IMG/VR virus record: IMGVR_UViG_2541047954_000009
Reading direction: 5' to 3' (one strand)
Length of the DNA stretch: 36,449 bases
From: a virus
Lineage: Duplodnaviria; Heunggongvirae; Uroviricota; Caudoviricetes
The notes beneath the pieces were generated by a model. It did not search any database, was not told where the DNA came from, and was given only the letters and a program-made list of their open reading frames with translations. Within the stretch, counting starts at the first letter, position 1. Each line of letters opens with the position of its first letter. Made by a program: the position numbers and the translations under genes. Shown one piece after another: positions 1-9,554 of the stretch.

Positions 1-483
1 ATGACGAAGAAAAAAGCACATAAACCTGGTTCAGCGACCATCGCGCTTAACAAGCGCGCCCGTCACGAATACTTTATCGAAGAAGAGTTCGAAGCGGGAC
101 TTGCCCTGCAAGGCTGGGAGGTTAAATCCCTGCGCGCAGGAAAAGCCAATATCAGCGACAGCTATGTCCTTCTGCGCGACGGAGAGGCATTTCTGTTTGG
201 CGCTAACATCACGCCAATGGCTGTGGCCTCCACGCATGTGGTGTGCGATCCTACCCGTACCCGCAAGTTACTTCTCAACCAGCGCGAACTGGACTCATTG
301 TACGGTCGCGTCAATCGAGAAGGCTATACCGTAGTGGCGCTCTCCCTGTACTGGAAAAATGCCTGGTGCAAAGTGAAAATCGGCGTCGCCAAAGGTAAGA
401 AACAGCACGATAAACGTTCAGATATCAAAGAACGCGAATGGCAGGTGGATAAAGCGCGTATCATGAAAAATGCCCACCGTTAA
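1..483 (+). CDS. smpB: SsrA-binding protein SmpB (complete, 160 aa)
   Basis: Full-length ORF whose translation ([30 protein letters not shown]...) matches enterobacterial SmpB as remembered; lies immediately upstream of ssrA as in E. coli. Confidence 0.96.
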
Positions 484-649
484 ACCTATATAAGCGATAC
501 TAATCAAATCCTCACCGCGCCTCCCTATCCGGTGGCGCGAATGAACATCTTATCGACTGTCAAATCTGACACAGATGTAGCCATCCCATTGCTTAATCGA
601 AAAAAAATCATACTATGCAGGCGCTAATTCCAGGATGATAACGCCTTTT

Positions 650-690
650 GGGCTAGTCATGCTGCTCATAAATCTGGTATACTTACCGTT
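650..690 (+). promoter_or_regulatory. Probable ssrA promoter (-10-like TATACT at 678-683)
   Basis: TATACT hexamer about 15 nt upstream of the mature tmRNA 5' end (698); the -35 element is not clearly assignable. Confidence 0.35.
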
Positions 691-697
691 ACACATT

Positions 698-1060
698 GGG
701 GCTGATTCTGGATTCGACGGGATTTGCGAAACCCAAGGTGCATGCCGAGGGGCGGTTGGCCTCGTAAAAAGCCGCAAAAAATAGTCGCAAACGACGAAAA
801 CTACGCTTTAGCAGCTTAATAACCTGCTTAGAGCCCTCTCTCCCTAGCCTCCGCTCTTAGGACGGGGATCAAGAGAGGTCAAACCCAAAAGAGATCGCGT
901 GGAAGCCCTGCCTGGGGTTGAAGCGTTAAAACTTAATCAGGCTAGTTTGTTAGTGGCGTGTCCGTCCGCAGCTGGCAAGCGAATGTAAAGACTGACTAAG
1001 CATGTAGTACCGAGGATGTAGGAATTTCGGACGCGGGTTCAACTCCCGCCAGCTCCACCA
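698..1060 (+). ncRNA. ssrA: tmRNA (transfer-messenger RNA), 363 nt
   Basis: Begins GGGGCTGATTCTGGATTCGACGG, contains the tag-coding segment gcaaacgacgaaaactacgctttagcagcttaa (ANDENYALAA stop), and ends with the tRNA-like ...GGTTCAACTCCCGCCAGCTCCACCA; matches E. coli ssrA as remembered. Confidence 0.97.
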
Positions 1061-1061
1061 A
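1016..1061. repeat. attL: 46-bp direct repeat (ssrA 3' end), left prophage junction
   Basis: atgtaggaatttcggacgcgggttcaactcccgccagctccaccaa is repeated exactly at 34745-34790; the flanking bases diverge on both sides. Confidence 0.88.
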
Positions 1062-1070
1062 ATAAATCAA

Positions 1071-1103
1071 GGGGTTACGTGAAAGCGTAGCCCCTTTTTC
1101 TTT
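1071..1103 (+). terminator. Rho-independent terminator after ssrA (phage-supplied side of attL)
   Basis: Stem GGGGTTACG (1071-1079) pairs with CGTAGCCCC (1086-1094) with one G-U pair, followed by TTTTTCTTT. Confidence 0.65.
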
Positions 1104-1183
1104 GGTAGTGGCGGCAAAATGGCGACAGACTTTTGCGTCCATCTTGCCTGTCGCCATCTTGAAATCATGCAAAGAGGTTTCAC

Positions 1184-1666
1184 ATGGAAGAACTTCACTT
1201 TGTTTACATCAATGCAAATGGTCGTATCGGTGTTCACTCTATACAGAGCATCAGTTATAGCGAAAATCATATACAGGGCATTTGTAAGAACACCGATCGA
1301 ATAAAAACCTTCCGAAAAGACCGCATTCTTAAACAGTACGATTCACCAGAACAAGCCATTCAGGAATGCGCGTCATTCCTCCCCGAAAACTACTCACATC
1401 TCACTAAGCAGTCAGGTCCGAAAAAAAATACATTCGATGTGTGTTTCACCGGATTTAAGAAAGCAGATAAAGAAAGATTGGTTGATAAGGCGAATGACCA
1501 AGGATTAACGGTAAGAACCTCTATAACCCAAAGCCTTCAGATGCTCTGTTGCGGTTACAATGCAGGCCCATCAAAAGTATCGGCAGCCAGGATGAAAGGC
1601 ACAATCATCATAGATGAGCCTGGCTTTATACATTTTCTTGAAACGGGTGAGATCCCAGATGAATAA
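1184..1666 (+). CDS. Accessory protein with C-terminal BRCT-like domain and N-terminal WYL-like segment (160 aa)
   Basis: ORF with RBS AAGAGG 6 nt upstream of ATG. C-terminal half (DVCFTGFKKADKERLVDKANDQGLTVRTSITQ...TIIIDEPGFIHFLETGEI) resembles BRCT domains such as the C-terminus of NAD-dependent DNA ligase; the N-terminal motif KTFRKDRIL resembles the WYL-domain signature. Sits between attL and ogr, outside the conserved P2 backbone. Confidence 0.6.
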   Translation: MEELHFVYINANGRIGVHSIQSISYSENHIQGICKNTDRIKTFRKDRILKQYDSPEQAIQECASFLPENYSHLTKQSGPKKNTFDVCFTGFKKADKERLVDKANDQGLTVRTSITQSLQMLCCGYNAGPSKVSAARMKGTIIIDEPGFIHFLETGEIPDE

Positions 1667-1694
1667 AAACCTGCCGTAGCAGGTTCTCTTTCTT
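1662..1694. terminator. Bidirectional hairpin terminator between the BRCT gene and ogr
   Basis: Stem AACCTGC (1668-1674) and GCAGGTT (1679-1685), loop CGTA, flanked by an A-tract on one side and a T-rich tract on the other; convergent genes end on both sides. Confidence 0.55.
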
Positions 1695-1911
1695 AAAAAT
1701 TCATATGCCCCTGACCACCTGGCAATGGATGTGGAGGGGCTGTAGCAATCAATGCAGGTGTCACAATAAACCGGACCACTGTTTCATGGGTAACAAAAGT
1801 GCTCCCGCAGTTAATATTTTGGCACTGGCAGTAACGCTCTTTGGTGCTTTCTGTTACTTGAAAACTGCTCCTTGTGTGCGCCGCATGACCACACTTTGGA
1901 CAATTCATCAT
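1693..1911 (-). CDS. ogr: Late gene transcriptional activator Ogr (zinc finger, about 72 aa)
   Basis: Translation MMNCPKCGHAAHTRSSFQVTESTKERYCQCQNINCGSTF...PHPLPGGQ matches P2 Ogr/186 B family (CxxC...CxxC zinc finger); RBS GGGGG upstream of tandem ATGs at 1911/1908. The longer six-frame ORF start at 1956 is likely not used. Confidence 0.85.
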   Translation of the reverse strand: MMNCPKCGHAAHTRSSFQVTESTKERYCQCQNINCGSTFVTHETVVRFIVTPALIATAPPHPLPGGQGHMNF

Positions 1912-1979
1912 ATCCAGCCCCCTACCTTTGCTATCAGAATCATTGCAATGATACACAAAATACCAATATTGAGAACCAT

Positions 1980-3080
1980 TTATTCTATTTCAAGATCATT
2001 AATCTTCACTTCAAGCTCCAGGCTGGTCGTAAAACCGTTATCCGGGCTGACAGTATGCGTCAGGGTGGTAATAGTCCATTCCGCATCATCTATCGGCTGT
2101 TTAAAGCCACTGACTTTCACTGGCATTTCCGTGTAGAGATCTGCCCGCCCTTCCGCCAGTTGTAGCGAGAATGACGCAACACCGCGTTGCAGGCGTTCCC
2201 ACTGCATTTTCGCCGCTCGTTCGGCGTTGCTCCGGTTGGCATAAGTGCGATTAAGTACCAGCACGTTTTCATCCGTACCCACCAGGTAATCGCCCTGCTT
2301 CGCTTCCGGCTCTTTCTTCTGCTTCTTAGTCCTGCGCTTACGCTTCACCGTGGTGCTTTCTTTCTTCGCGGGTTCGCGGGTATGCAACCAGCTGGCAATT
2401 ACGCCCGTGTAGGCTCCGCGATCTGCCAGGGTAAAGCGGTGACTGTCGCCGTCCTTGCGTGTGATAGTGATCACCGGCAGTGGTTTACCAGTGGCGCTTT
2501 TGCCCTGCCCCTGCCGGATGAATAACAGATTGCCATTTTTCACCGACGCGATGGCACCGTACTGTCGCGCCAGCCGCATCAGAAAACTGCCGTCACTCTC
2601 ATTGGTCTGGTCTATATGATCCACTGGCTTATCCGACAGGTCTTCACCCAGTGCCATCTTCAGCTTGTGCCGTGCGGCTATTTCCTTCACCACTTCCCCG
2701 ACGGTGGTCTTGTGCCACGATTTTTCACGGCGGGTATTCAGCGTTTCCCTAAAATCAGCACTTCGCGCCCGGATAGTCAGGCGATCCGGTGCGCCAGTGT
2801 GTTCAATCTCGTCCACCGTGAATGCCCCTTTCGGGAAAAGCGGCTGCCCCTTCCAGCCCAGCGCCAGCGTGATGACCGCACCACGGCGCGGCAGCACGAT
2901 TTTTCCGTCGGCGTCGTCCAGCTCCAGATCAAGCTGGTCTGCTTCAAAGCCCCGGTTATCCGTCAGCGTCAGACTCATCAGGCGGTTATCCAGCACAGTG
3001 GTGATATCCTTCCCCTCAATACTGATGCTGAATGCGGGAGTTTTGTTGCCTTTGTTAAGCAGTTCAGAGCTGAAATTCAC
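1980..3080 (-). CDS. D: Tail protein D (late control gene D family)
   Basis: 366-aa ORF resembling P2 gpD as remembered; positioned after ogr as in P2; start overlaps the stop of U. Confidence 0.9.
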   Translation of the reverse strand: MNFSSELLNKGNKTPAFSISIEGKDITTVLDNRLMSLTLTDNRGFEADQLDLELDDADGKIVLPRRGAVITLALGWKGQPLFPKGAFTVDEIEHTGAPDRLTIRARSADFRETLNTRREKSWHKTTVGEVVKEIAARHKLKMALGEDLSDKPVDHIDQTNESDGSFLMRLARQYGAIASVKNGNLLFIRQGQGKSATGKPLPVITITRKDGDSHRFTLADRGAYTGVIASWLHTREPAKKESTTVKRKRRTKKQKKEPEAKQGDYLVGTDENVLVLNRTYANRSNAERAAKMQWERLQRGVASFSLQLAEGRADLYTEMPVKVSGFKQPIDDAEWTITTLTHTVSPDNGFTTSLELEVKINDLEIE

Positions 3081-3562
3081 GACAGCAGCCCTCCCACCGT
3101 TTTACTGATATCGCTTAAGGCAGACGTTGCCGTATCCTGCAAATTATTCAGCTGCGAACTGAGATCACCGAACATATCGGACAGGGATTCATCCACCCGT
3201 TTGAGCGACAGGGTGAACTCAATCCGGCGCGGCATACCATCGCGGAAAAACTCCGTTTTAGTCTGATTCAGTCCCTCAATCACATACATGCCGTAAATCG
3301 TGCCGCTGCCTTCAATCAGGGGCCATGCTTTTCCCTGTTCTGCCATCTGCTCCAGAGCCAGCAACGACAGCCTGCCGCCCGTTATCTCCGGCATAAGAAC
3401 ACCAGAAAGCGTCAGCATATCGTTGTCCGGTCCCAGAAACTGCGTGGACGGACGTCGGTTGACCCGGCTGTTTGCCGCATGTCGCCAGCTGCGTTGATAC
3501 TGCAGTTCCTGATACGGCACAGTGCGCAGCATAAACACGTACAATCCCAGCACCATCATCAT
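3077..3562 (-). CDS. U: Tail protein U
   Basis: 161-aa ORF resembling P2 gpU; ATGA-type overlaps with T upstream and D downstream. Confidence 0.85.
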   Translation of the reverse strand: MMMVLGLYVFMLRTVPYQELQYQRSWRHAANSRVNRRPSTQFLGPDNDMLTLSGVLMPEITGGRLSLLALEQMAEQGKAWPLIEGSGTIYGMYVIEGLNQTKTEFFRDGMPRRIEFTLSLKRVDESLSDMFGDLSSQLNNLQDTATSALSDISKTVGGLLS

Positions 3563-6500
3563 GCGTCGTATCCCCCCTGATCGCTGTAGTTACTCCTGGC
3601 TTTTGCCTTCAGCCTGCGTTCACGTTCATCAAGCTGGCGGGCCACCTCCCGCGCAATATCCTGCGCACTTTGTCCTGGCTGCGTCTGGATGATGATCTGC
3701 GTCGGTGCCTCAATCCTGTAAACGGGCGGCACAGTGGCTGCGCGACTCACAATTGCTTCTCCACCTTTCGCGGGAAGTGCCAAAGGGTGCAATGGTGGAA
3801 GCTCTGCTGGCGCGGCAGCAACGCCCATCATTCCGGCAACAACGGCAGCCAGTGCAGCTGTATTTCTCCGGCTGGTCACATTTGCCGGGCCGTTAACAAT
3901 TTCCGGCCCGTTTTCACCGACGATGCCAAACTGCCCACGCGGGATATAGCCGCCGCTGTCATACATCCCCGCAAAGCCATATCCCCATGACGGAAAACCA
4001 CCCGATGGCATCATCACTTTACCGTCTGCATTCACCGTCGCAGGTTGCTGACGCGTCACGCTTTCCGGCAGTTTCGCCTTTGCAGCCTCTTTACTGACAA
4101 TGCCGAGTTTATCCAGCAACCAGGAAACGCCGGATTTCAGGGAGTCCAGCGGATGCATGACCATATTCAGCCCTTCCGCCAGTGCCTCCCCGAATCGTCG
4201 CCCCATTGCCGCTACACTCTGCAGTTCGGCAGAGGTTGACTTAACGGGCGTCAGCAGATCAGTAAACCAGCCCCACAGCGCCTGTACTTTGTCGCCAATC
4301 CACTGGAACACAGGCTTAAGTGGTTCGAATGCAGCACTGATGGGACCTGCCGCCGCTTTGAATCCCTCCACCACGCCACCGAGAAATGCGGTGATGGGTT
4401 GCCAGTATTTCCAGACAACCAGCGCCACGCCTGCCAGTGCAGTAACCACAAGACCTATCGGACTGAGCAGAGCACCTAACAGACCAGATATGGCATACAG
4501 GGCAACGCGTAGCATCGCCAGTGGACCAGATGCCAGTACTCGCAGCACCGCGCCTGCGGCGGTCAGTCCACCGCGCAGTACCGCCAGAGGATTCATAAAC
4601 ATCACAGCAACAGCACGTAAACCGGATAATCCAGAACGCAAAAGTGCAACCGGCGCACCTGCTACAGTTTTCAGGACATTTTCCGTCAGTGATGCCGTGC
4701 GGCGCAAAGACGACAACGGCGCAGTAAGTAAACCCGCAGCATTGCCCGATGAAGCAAGCCCGCGTCGCAGCAGTGCCAGTGGTGCGCCAGCCAGCCAGGA
4801 CAACGCGTTGCTGGTTCGAGTTACTGCTGCCGTAACGGAAGGTAACGTTTTGATACCCAGCACAGAGAATCCCAGACGGATGACTGCCAGCGGCCCCAGC
4901 ACTGCAGCCAGCGCCACCGCTAAGGTGCCGAGGCCTACGGTAACCGCAGCCACAACCGCTGCTACTTTCATCAGTGTGCCCGTCAGTTCCGGGTTAGCTT
5001 CCACCCAGCGGCGCAACGCCCCCGTGACGCTTTTCACCGTGTACAGAATATCCATCAGCGGCTGGCGCAGCGTTTCGCCTAGGCTGCTGAAGGTGTTCTG
5101 CGCTCCGGTTTTGACCAGCAACCACTGAGCAGAAAGTGAGTCTTTGTTGATGTCGGATTCTTTCTGCATGGAACCGAGCGCATCATTGCCCGCAGTCAGT
5201 TTTAGCTGGCGCTGTAGTTCCGGCAGGTTGTTTGCCAGTTTCGCCGCGTCATCGCCAAACTCTTTACCAAACAACATGGTCATGGCAGACAGACGCTTGT
5301 CCTGCGGCAGTGCGTTCACCTTCTCCAGCACACGCTGGATAGTTCCCATTGCATCCTTCGTCATCTGCTTTTCAATCGCTTCAGGATTGAGTTTCAGCAG
5401 ATTCATCCCTTCAAAGAAACTCTTGCTTTGCATGGTGGCAATGGACAATTCACGCACCATCGCGTTTGCTGCACTGGCTGCAACCTCCGGCGCAGCGCCC
5501 AGTGTCAGAAAGGTGGAACCCAGTGCCGCCGCTTTACGATAATCCAGACGATCAGCCACACCGCCCAGACGTTGCATCACATCAATGATGTCCGCCCCTT
5601 TCGACATGGCGTTATCATCCAGATAGTTCAGCGCATCGCCGAGCTGTTCAATATTGCGGGTAGGTATTTTGTAGAGCTGGGCGATTTTCCCCAGACTTTC
5701 TGACAGTTCATCCGCTGGCAGCTCAAAGGCTGTTGCCGCCTTTGCTGCCGTGCTGGCGAAGGCCAGCAGGTCACGTTTCTGGTCTTCCCAGCTGTCGTCA
5801 GGGTTTGCGACGTTCATGCGCGCACCACCTTCAACCAGTGCGGCGAAGTCCACAGCACCGTTTTCCATCGGCAACTGTTCGCTGGCAGCCTTGATGGCAT
5901 CCTGCATTTCATAAAAACGCGCGGTGCGGTTGCCATTATCATCACGCAGACCATTGACCTGCTTTGCCACACCTTTCATGGCATCTTCCATGCTGGTATA
6001 GCTTTTTACTGCCGCCATCACTGGTGCGCCCATTGCCAGCCCTGCAGCCGTGGTGGTGGCTCCGGCACCTGCAATACGATCACGCACCTCCAGCGAACGG
6101 GCATAACTGGCACGTGCTGCATTCATCCTGCGCTGAGCTTCCCCCAGTCGCTTCAGCCGCGCCTCCTGTTTCGAAAGTTCCTGGTTATAACGTGATGTTT
6201 CACGGGCTAAACGGGCAGTTGCTCCCGCATCGTCTTTCGCAGAAATTCCCGCCCGGTACAGCTCTGCACGCACAAGCGCCGTTTGCTTCTGCAAATATTT
6301 TTGTTGTTCTTCCAGGCGTTGGACTGCCAGCGTTTGCCGACCTAAAGCCACAAGGTGCCGTTGTGATGGTTGTTCCATCGCCTCCAGCTCAGAGCTAAGC
6401 AAATTAGCCTTCTGTCTGGCATAGTTCAGCCTGTCGCCTAACTTCTTGTTATCGGCCTGCAGCTTGCGAAATTTTTCCAGGCTGTTACCCGCCTGATTGA

Positions 6501-6636
6501 GTTGCTTTAATGCGTCACGGGAGTTTCTGATTGCGCCAGCCAGCTCTTTCGAACTGGCCTGTGCAGCACGGAATGGGCGGGTGAGTTTGTCAACCGCATT
6601 AAGAATCACCTGCAGGCGCAGGTTATTGTCACTCAT
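3559..6636 (-). CDS. T: Tail tape measure protein T (1025 aa)
   Basis: Very long Ala/Leu-rich ORF with a coiled-coil N-terminus and a Gly/Ala-rich hydrophobic middle, in the tape-measure position between E/E' and U. Confidence 0.92.
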   Translation of the reverse strand: MSDNNLRLQVILNAVDKLTRPFRAAQASSKELAGAIRNSRDALKQLNQAGNSLEKFRKLQADNKKLGDRLNYARQKANLLSSELEAMEQPSQRHLVALGRQTLAVQRLEEQQKYLQKQTALVRAELYRAGISAKDDAGATARLARETSRYNQELSKQEARLKRLGEAQRRMNAARASYARSLEVRDRIAGAGATTTAAGLAMGAPVMAAVKSYTSMEDAMKGVAKQVNGLRDDNGNRTARFYEMQDAIKAASEQLPMENGAVDFAALVEGGARMNVANPDDSWEDQKRDLLAFASTAAKAATAFELPADELSESLGKIAQLYKIPTRNIEQLGDALNYLDDNAMSKGADIIDVMQRLGGVADRLDYRKAAALGSTFLTLGAAPEVAASAANAMVRELSIATMQSKSFFEGMNLLKLNPEAIEKQMTKDAMGTIQRVLEKVNALPQDKRLSAMTMLFGKEFGDDAAKLANNLPELQRQLKLTAGNDALGSMQKESDINKDSLSAQWLLVKTGAQNTFSSLGETLRQPLMDILYTVKSVTGALRRWVEANPELTGTLMKVAAVVAAVTVGLGTLAVALAAVLGPLAVIRLGFSVLGIKTLPSVTAAVTRTSNALSWLAGAPLALLRRGLASSGNAAGLLTAPLSSLRRTASLTENVLKTVAGAPVALLRSGLSGLRAVAVMFMNPLAVLRGGLTAAGAVLRVLASGPLAMLRVALYAISGLLGALLSPIGLVVTALAGVALVVWKYWQPITAFLGGVVEGFKAAAGPISAAFEPLKPVFQWIGDKVQALWGWFTDLLTPVKSTSAELQSVAAMGRRFGEALAEGLNMVMHPLDSLKSGVSWLLDKLGIVSKEAAKAKLPESVTRQQPATVNADGKVMMPSGGFPSWGYGFAGMYDSGGYIPRGQFGIVGENGPEIVNGPANVTSRRNTAALAAVVAGMMGVAAAPAELPPLHPLALPAKGGEAIVSRAATVPPVYRIEAPTQIIIQTQPGQSAQDIAREVARQLDERERRLKAKARSNYSDQGGYDA

Positions 6637-7065
6637 GGCTGGCCCCGCTTCTCTGAATCGCTTTATACCGCCATTCCAGCACTTCGGTCAGCGGCATAAC
6701 GTCAGTAACGGATGGCGGCCAGTGAAAGATGGTGGCGATATCAGCCACCAGATCGTCAACCGTCAGGCTGTCGGTAAACCGGCAAGCACCGACTTCTTCA
6801 ACAAAAAAGTGACAACCTCAACCGACATGGCAGTGAGATCTGCCGGGTCCAGCTCTGCAATTTCCTGTGCAGTCAGTGCCGGACTGGAGATGCGGGGGAT
6901 CACGGTCATCATCGCGTTCACATCCATATCCATAATGGCCTGCAGGCGTGTGCCGCGCAGCGCACCGGACTGCGGTTTACGCAGCACAATTTCGGTAATT
7001 TCTGTTTTACCGCGCATGATGGGAGTATCCAGTTGAATGGTCTTTTCAGTCTGCTTATCGCTCAT
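6629..7065 (-). CDS. Tail assembly chaperone fusion E+E' made by programmed -1 frameshift
   Basis: Slippery heptamer TTTTTTG (minus strand, 6802-6808) lies 13 codons before the E stop; reading the -1 frame from it gives an open extension (FFVEEVGACRFTDSLTVDDLVADIATIFHWPPSVTDVMPLTEVLEWRYKAIQRSGASHE) ending at a TGA overlapping the T start codon. Confidence 0.8.
6763..7065 (-). CDS. E: Tail assembly chaperone E (100 aa)
   Basis: Small ORF directly upstream of T, resembling P2 gpE; contains the frameshift site near its 3' end. Confidence 0.88.
   Translation of the reverse strand: MSDKQTEKTIQLDTPIMRGKTEITEIVLRKPQSGALRGTRLQAIMDMDVNAMMTVIPRISSPALTAQEIAELDPADLTAMSVEVVTFLLKKSVLAGLPTA
6802..6808 (-). 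other. Programmed -1 ribosomal frameshift slippery site (TTTTTTG)
   Basis: Heptamer read directly on the minus strand within the last codons of E; same motif class as P2 E/E' and lambda G/GT. Confidence 0.8.
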
Positions 7066-7119
7066 TTTGTTGTCCTGTAAATTGGGTTCTGGCGCGGCAA
7101 TCCGCGCCGTTCAGATACA

Positions 7120-7635
7120 TCAGAGGCCGAGGGCGTTGCGGTGCGCTTCCATCAGGTCCACACCGTCCACAATTTCCACCATGTTGATAAGGTCCACTTC
7201 ATAAAGCACCTCACCATTGATGGTCAGCTTCGCGTAGCTGTTGGTGCTGGTCACTTTGGTGGTGTTGCTTTCGCCCGTCTTCCACTCGCCGGAATCCACT
7301 TCTTTGTGACGTCCACGCACCACAAGCTCCACGGCCTGCACTTCCCCGGTATCGTCACGCTGGATAGAGCCGGTAAAGCGCAACTGGATGCCATCCACCG
7401 TGGCTTTGCCCATCTGCTTAAACAGCAGCAGTTCAGTACCACCAATGGAAAATTCTGTGTCCAGCGCACTGTCATCAAGCCCCAGATCCACATCCACTGC
7501 CCCCGGCATTCCGCCGCCGCGATACTTCTCATATTTGCGGGTGAATTTCGGCAGCGTCAGCGACTCAACGATCCCCTGCCAGTTGTTCCCGTCATTAAAC
7601 AGGTTCAGGTGTTTTAATTTGCGTGGTAAAGCCAT
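7120..7635 (-). CDS. FII: Tail tube protein FII
   Basis: 171-aa ORF resembling P2 gpFII, directly downstream of the sheath gene. Confidence 0.9.
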   Translation of the reverse strand: MALPRKLKHLNLFNDGNNWQGIVESLTLPKFTRKYEKYRGGGMPGAVDVDLGLDDSALDTEFSIGGTELLLFKQMGKATVDGIQLRFTGSIQRDDTGEVQAVELVVRGRHKEVDSGEWKTGESNTTKVTSTNSYAKLTINGEVLYEVDLINMVEIVDGVDLMEAHRNALGL

Positions 7636-7644
7636 GTTGTCCCC

Positions 7645-8817
7645 TTACGCGCTGACCTGGGTGGCGAAATTCACCAGGTACTGATCGGTGATGCGCTGAC
7701 GCAGCATCAGGTTTTCAAGTGGCGGCACTGGCGTGTAGTCGTAGTCGATGGTGAGTTTTCCGGCTTTCAGCGTGTCTTTGTCGTTCACCGACTCATCCAG
7801 CCAGCAATCACCACCAATGAGATAGCCCTGACTGACCAGGCTGCGCATTTTGGCGCGGATACCCTCGATAATGTCGCGGGCCAGCGACGGATTCAGCGGT
7901 TTATCCACCGCCCACATGTGCGCTTCTGCCATCGTGTCCGTCAGCACCTGCGCCGTGCGGGTGTAGTTTTCGAAGGCAAAGAGCGGGTCATCACTCAGGC
8001 AGCGGGAACCCCAGAAGCGAAAACCGTCTTTGCGGATAAGGGTGGTAACGTCGTTCTGGTTCAGCAGTCCCGCATCGGTTGCCGGGTCCTGCAGATCCCA
8101 GAACACATCAGCAGAAATTCCGGTGACACCGTTCACGCCCACGTTGGACAGGCTTTTGTGCCATCCGGTCTGCTCGTCAATTTTGGCGCGCAGACCAAGC
8201 GCACGGGCGGTGGCATAAGCCGTTGCTTCGGCATTCAGCACCGTGTCCCAGCCAGTAAAGTCGGGCCAGATCAGCATTCCTTCACGCTGGCTGAAGTTTT
8301 CACGGTAAGTGATTGCTTCCTGCACCGTCTTGCAACCATACGCTGACAGGTAAGCAAATCCACGCAGGCTTTGCGCCACGCCCAGCAACTCAGTAGCAAC
8401 GGCTTTATTATCGTGCCCCGGCACGCCGAGGATGCGCGGTTTAACACCGAGCTGTGACTGGGCAGATAACAGGGCTTTCATACCAGTTTTTTTACCTTCA
8501 GCAGTCACTGCGCCGATGATATTGGTCGTGGTTTCGTCTTCCGTTTCACCCTGCGGCACACGCACAACAACGGTCACGGGTTTTGCCTGGTCAGCGATGG
8601 CATCCAGCGAACGGGCCAGCGTGCCGGACTCACCCGCTTTACCGCTGGCAGTCAGCACATCAGTGATCAGTACGGGTTTATTAAGAGGAAACATTTTTGC
8701 ATCGGCATCATCGCCCGTGCAGACCATGCCCACGATGGCGGTGCTCACCGTGGTAATGGATCGGGTGCCTTCGTTGACTTCAACAACGCGCACTCCGTGG
8801 TGGTAATCCTGAGCCAT
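7645..8817 (-). CDS. FI: Contractile tail sheath protein FI
   Basis: 390-aa ORF resembling P2 gpFI. Confidence 0.92.
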   Translation of the reverse strand: MAQDYHHGVRVVEVNEGTRSITTVSTAIVGMVCTGDDADAKMFPLNKPVLITDVLTASGKAGESGTLARSLDAIADQAKPVTVVVRVPQGETEDETTTNIIGAVTAEGKKTGMKALLSAQSQLGVKPRILGVPGHDNKAVATELLGVAQSLRGFAYLSAYGCKTVQEAITYRENFSQREGMLIWPDFTGWDTVLNAEATAYATARALGLRAKIDEQTGWHKSLSNVGVNGVTGISADVFWDLQDPATDAGLLNQNDVTTLIRKDGFRFWGSRCLSDDPLFAFENYTRTAQVLTDTMAEAHMWAVDKPLNPSLARDIIEGIRAKMRSLVSQGYLIGGDCWLDESVNDKDTLKAGKLTIDYDYTPVPPLENLMLRQRITDQYLVNFATQVSA

Positions 8818-8892
8818 AAGGCAGTCTCTCCGGTTGTAGAGGGGGTCTGCCTATGTTCTGGTTGATACTCGCAGGGTGCACGCGATGGGGTT

Positions 8893-8910
8893 TGTATGGG
8901 AAATGGCACA
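8893..8910. promoter_or_regulatory. Candidate Ogr-dependent late promoter element (TGT-N12-ACA dyad) upstream of FI
   Basis: TGTATGGGAAATGGCACA, about 85 nt upstream of the FI start codon; P2 late promoters are known to carry a TGT-N12-ACA dyad upstream of the -35 region. Confidence 0.5.
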
Positions 8911-8951
8911 ACGACGGGGTGAAAAAATCCCCGCAGGCGCGGGGCAGGAAT

Positions 8952-9554
8952 TTAAAATTCTGGTAGTTCGGGCCAGGCAATATCAGGAGCAGTGCTGATA
9001 TCTGTTGCCGTCACTGCGTCGATGTAGTCAAGAACAGCATTAAGTTTTACTGTTTCTGCATCAGTTAATTTTCGTCCGGCCCGTAATTTCAGTTGAATCA
9101 AACTAACGGAAGCCATTGCAGTATCAATCAGTGACCGACGCTGTGTTTCTGCCGCTTCTACTGCGGCGCGATGTTGTATTTCAGTATCCGTCACCCATTT
9201 TTCACCATCCCATTTATCATATGGCGTTAACGGGGCGATATTGGTTGTATTTTCAGGGTAATCACCCGGATTTGTGATTTCTTTGGCATCTCCCGTTTCG
9301 GTGCTATAGACAGTTTCACCGCGATGGTCTGGCACATATTCCCATGAGTTTAAATCCGCAGAGCGGCAGATGGCATAACCAGCTTTATATGTTCCTGGTG
9401 CATCTAAACAGGAACATGCCGGAATACCGACACCAACAGCAAGATATTCAGTTGATGTGGAAATATATTCTCGTGTTTCACCATTATAATTATAGACAGT
9501 AATATCCCCCGCCTTCGTGGCAATAAACTCGCCATTTAATACGGCATTATCCAT
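8952..9554 (-). CDS. G: Tail fiber assembly protein (gpG-like)
   Basis: 200-aa ORF immediately downstream of H (1-nt overlap); composition and position typical of P2-family tail fiber assembly proteins. Confidence 0.8.
   Translation of the reverse strand: MDNAVLNGEFIATKAGDITVYNYNGETREYISTSTEYLAVGVGIPACSCLDAPGTYKAGYAICRSADLNSWEYVPDHRGETVYSTETGDAKEITNPGDYPENTTNIAPLTPYDKWDGEKWVTDTEIQHRAAVEAAETQRRSLIDTAMASVSLIQLKLRAGRKLTDAETVKLNAVLDYIDAVTATDISTAPDIAWPELPEF

Noticed and set aside
31-334. ORFs nested within smpB (68 aa minus, 77 aa plus)
   Set aside because: Nested in alternative frames of the well-supported smpB gene.
4100-5128. 342-aa plus-strand ORF inside the tape-measure gene T
   Set aside because: Entirely antisense to a well-supported long gene; Ala/Ser/Thr/Pro/Arg-rich low-complexity translation typical of open antisense frames in GC-rich coding DNA; no RBS context.
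8780-8980. 66-aa ORF at the G/FI junction, the position of the P2 Z/fun accessory locus
   Set aside because: The G-FI gap is only about 135 bp and holds the late promoter dyad; the ORF overlaps both flanking genes and has no coding features. The Z/fun slot appears empty in this phage.
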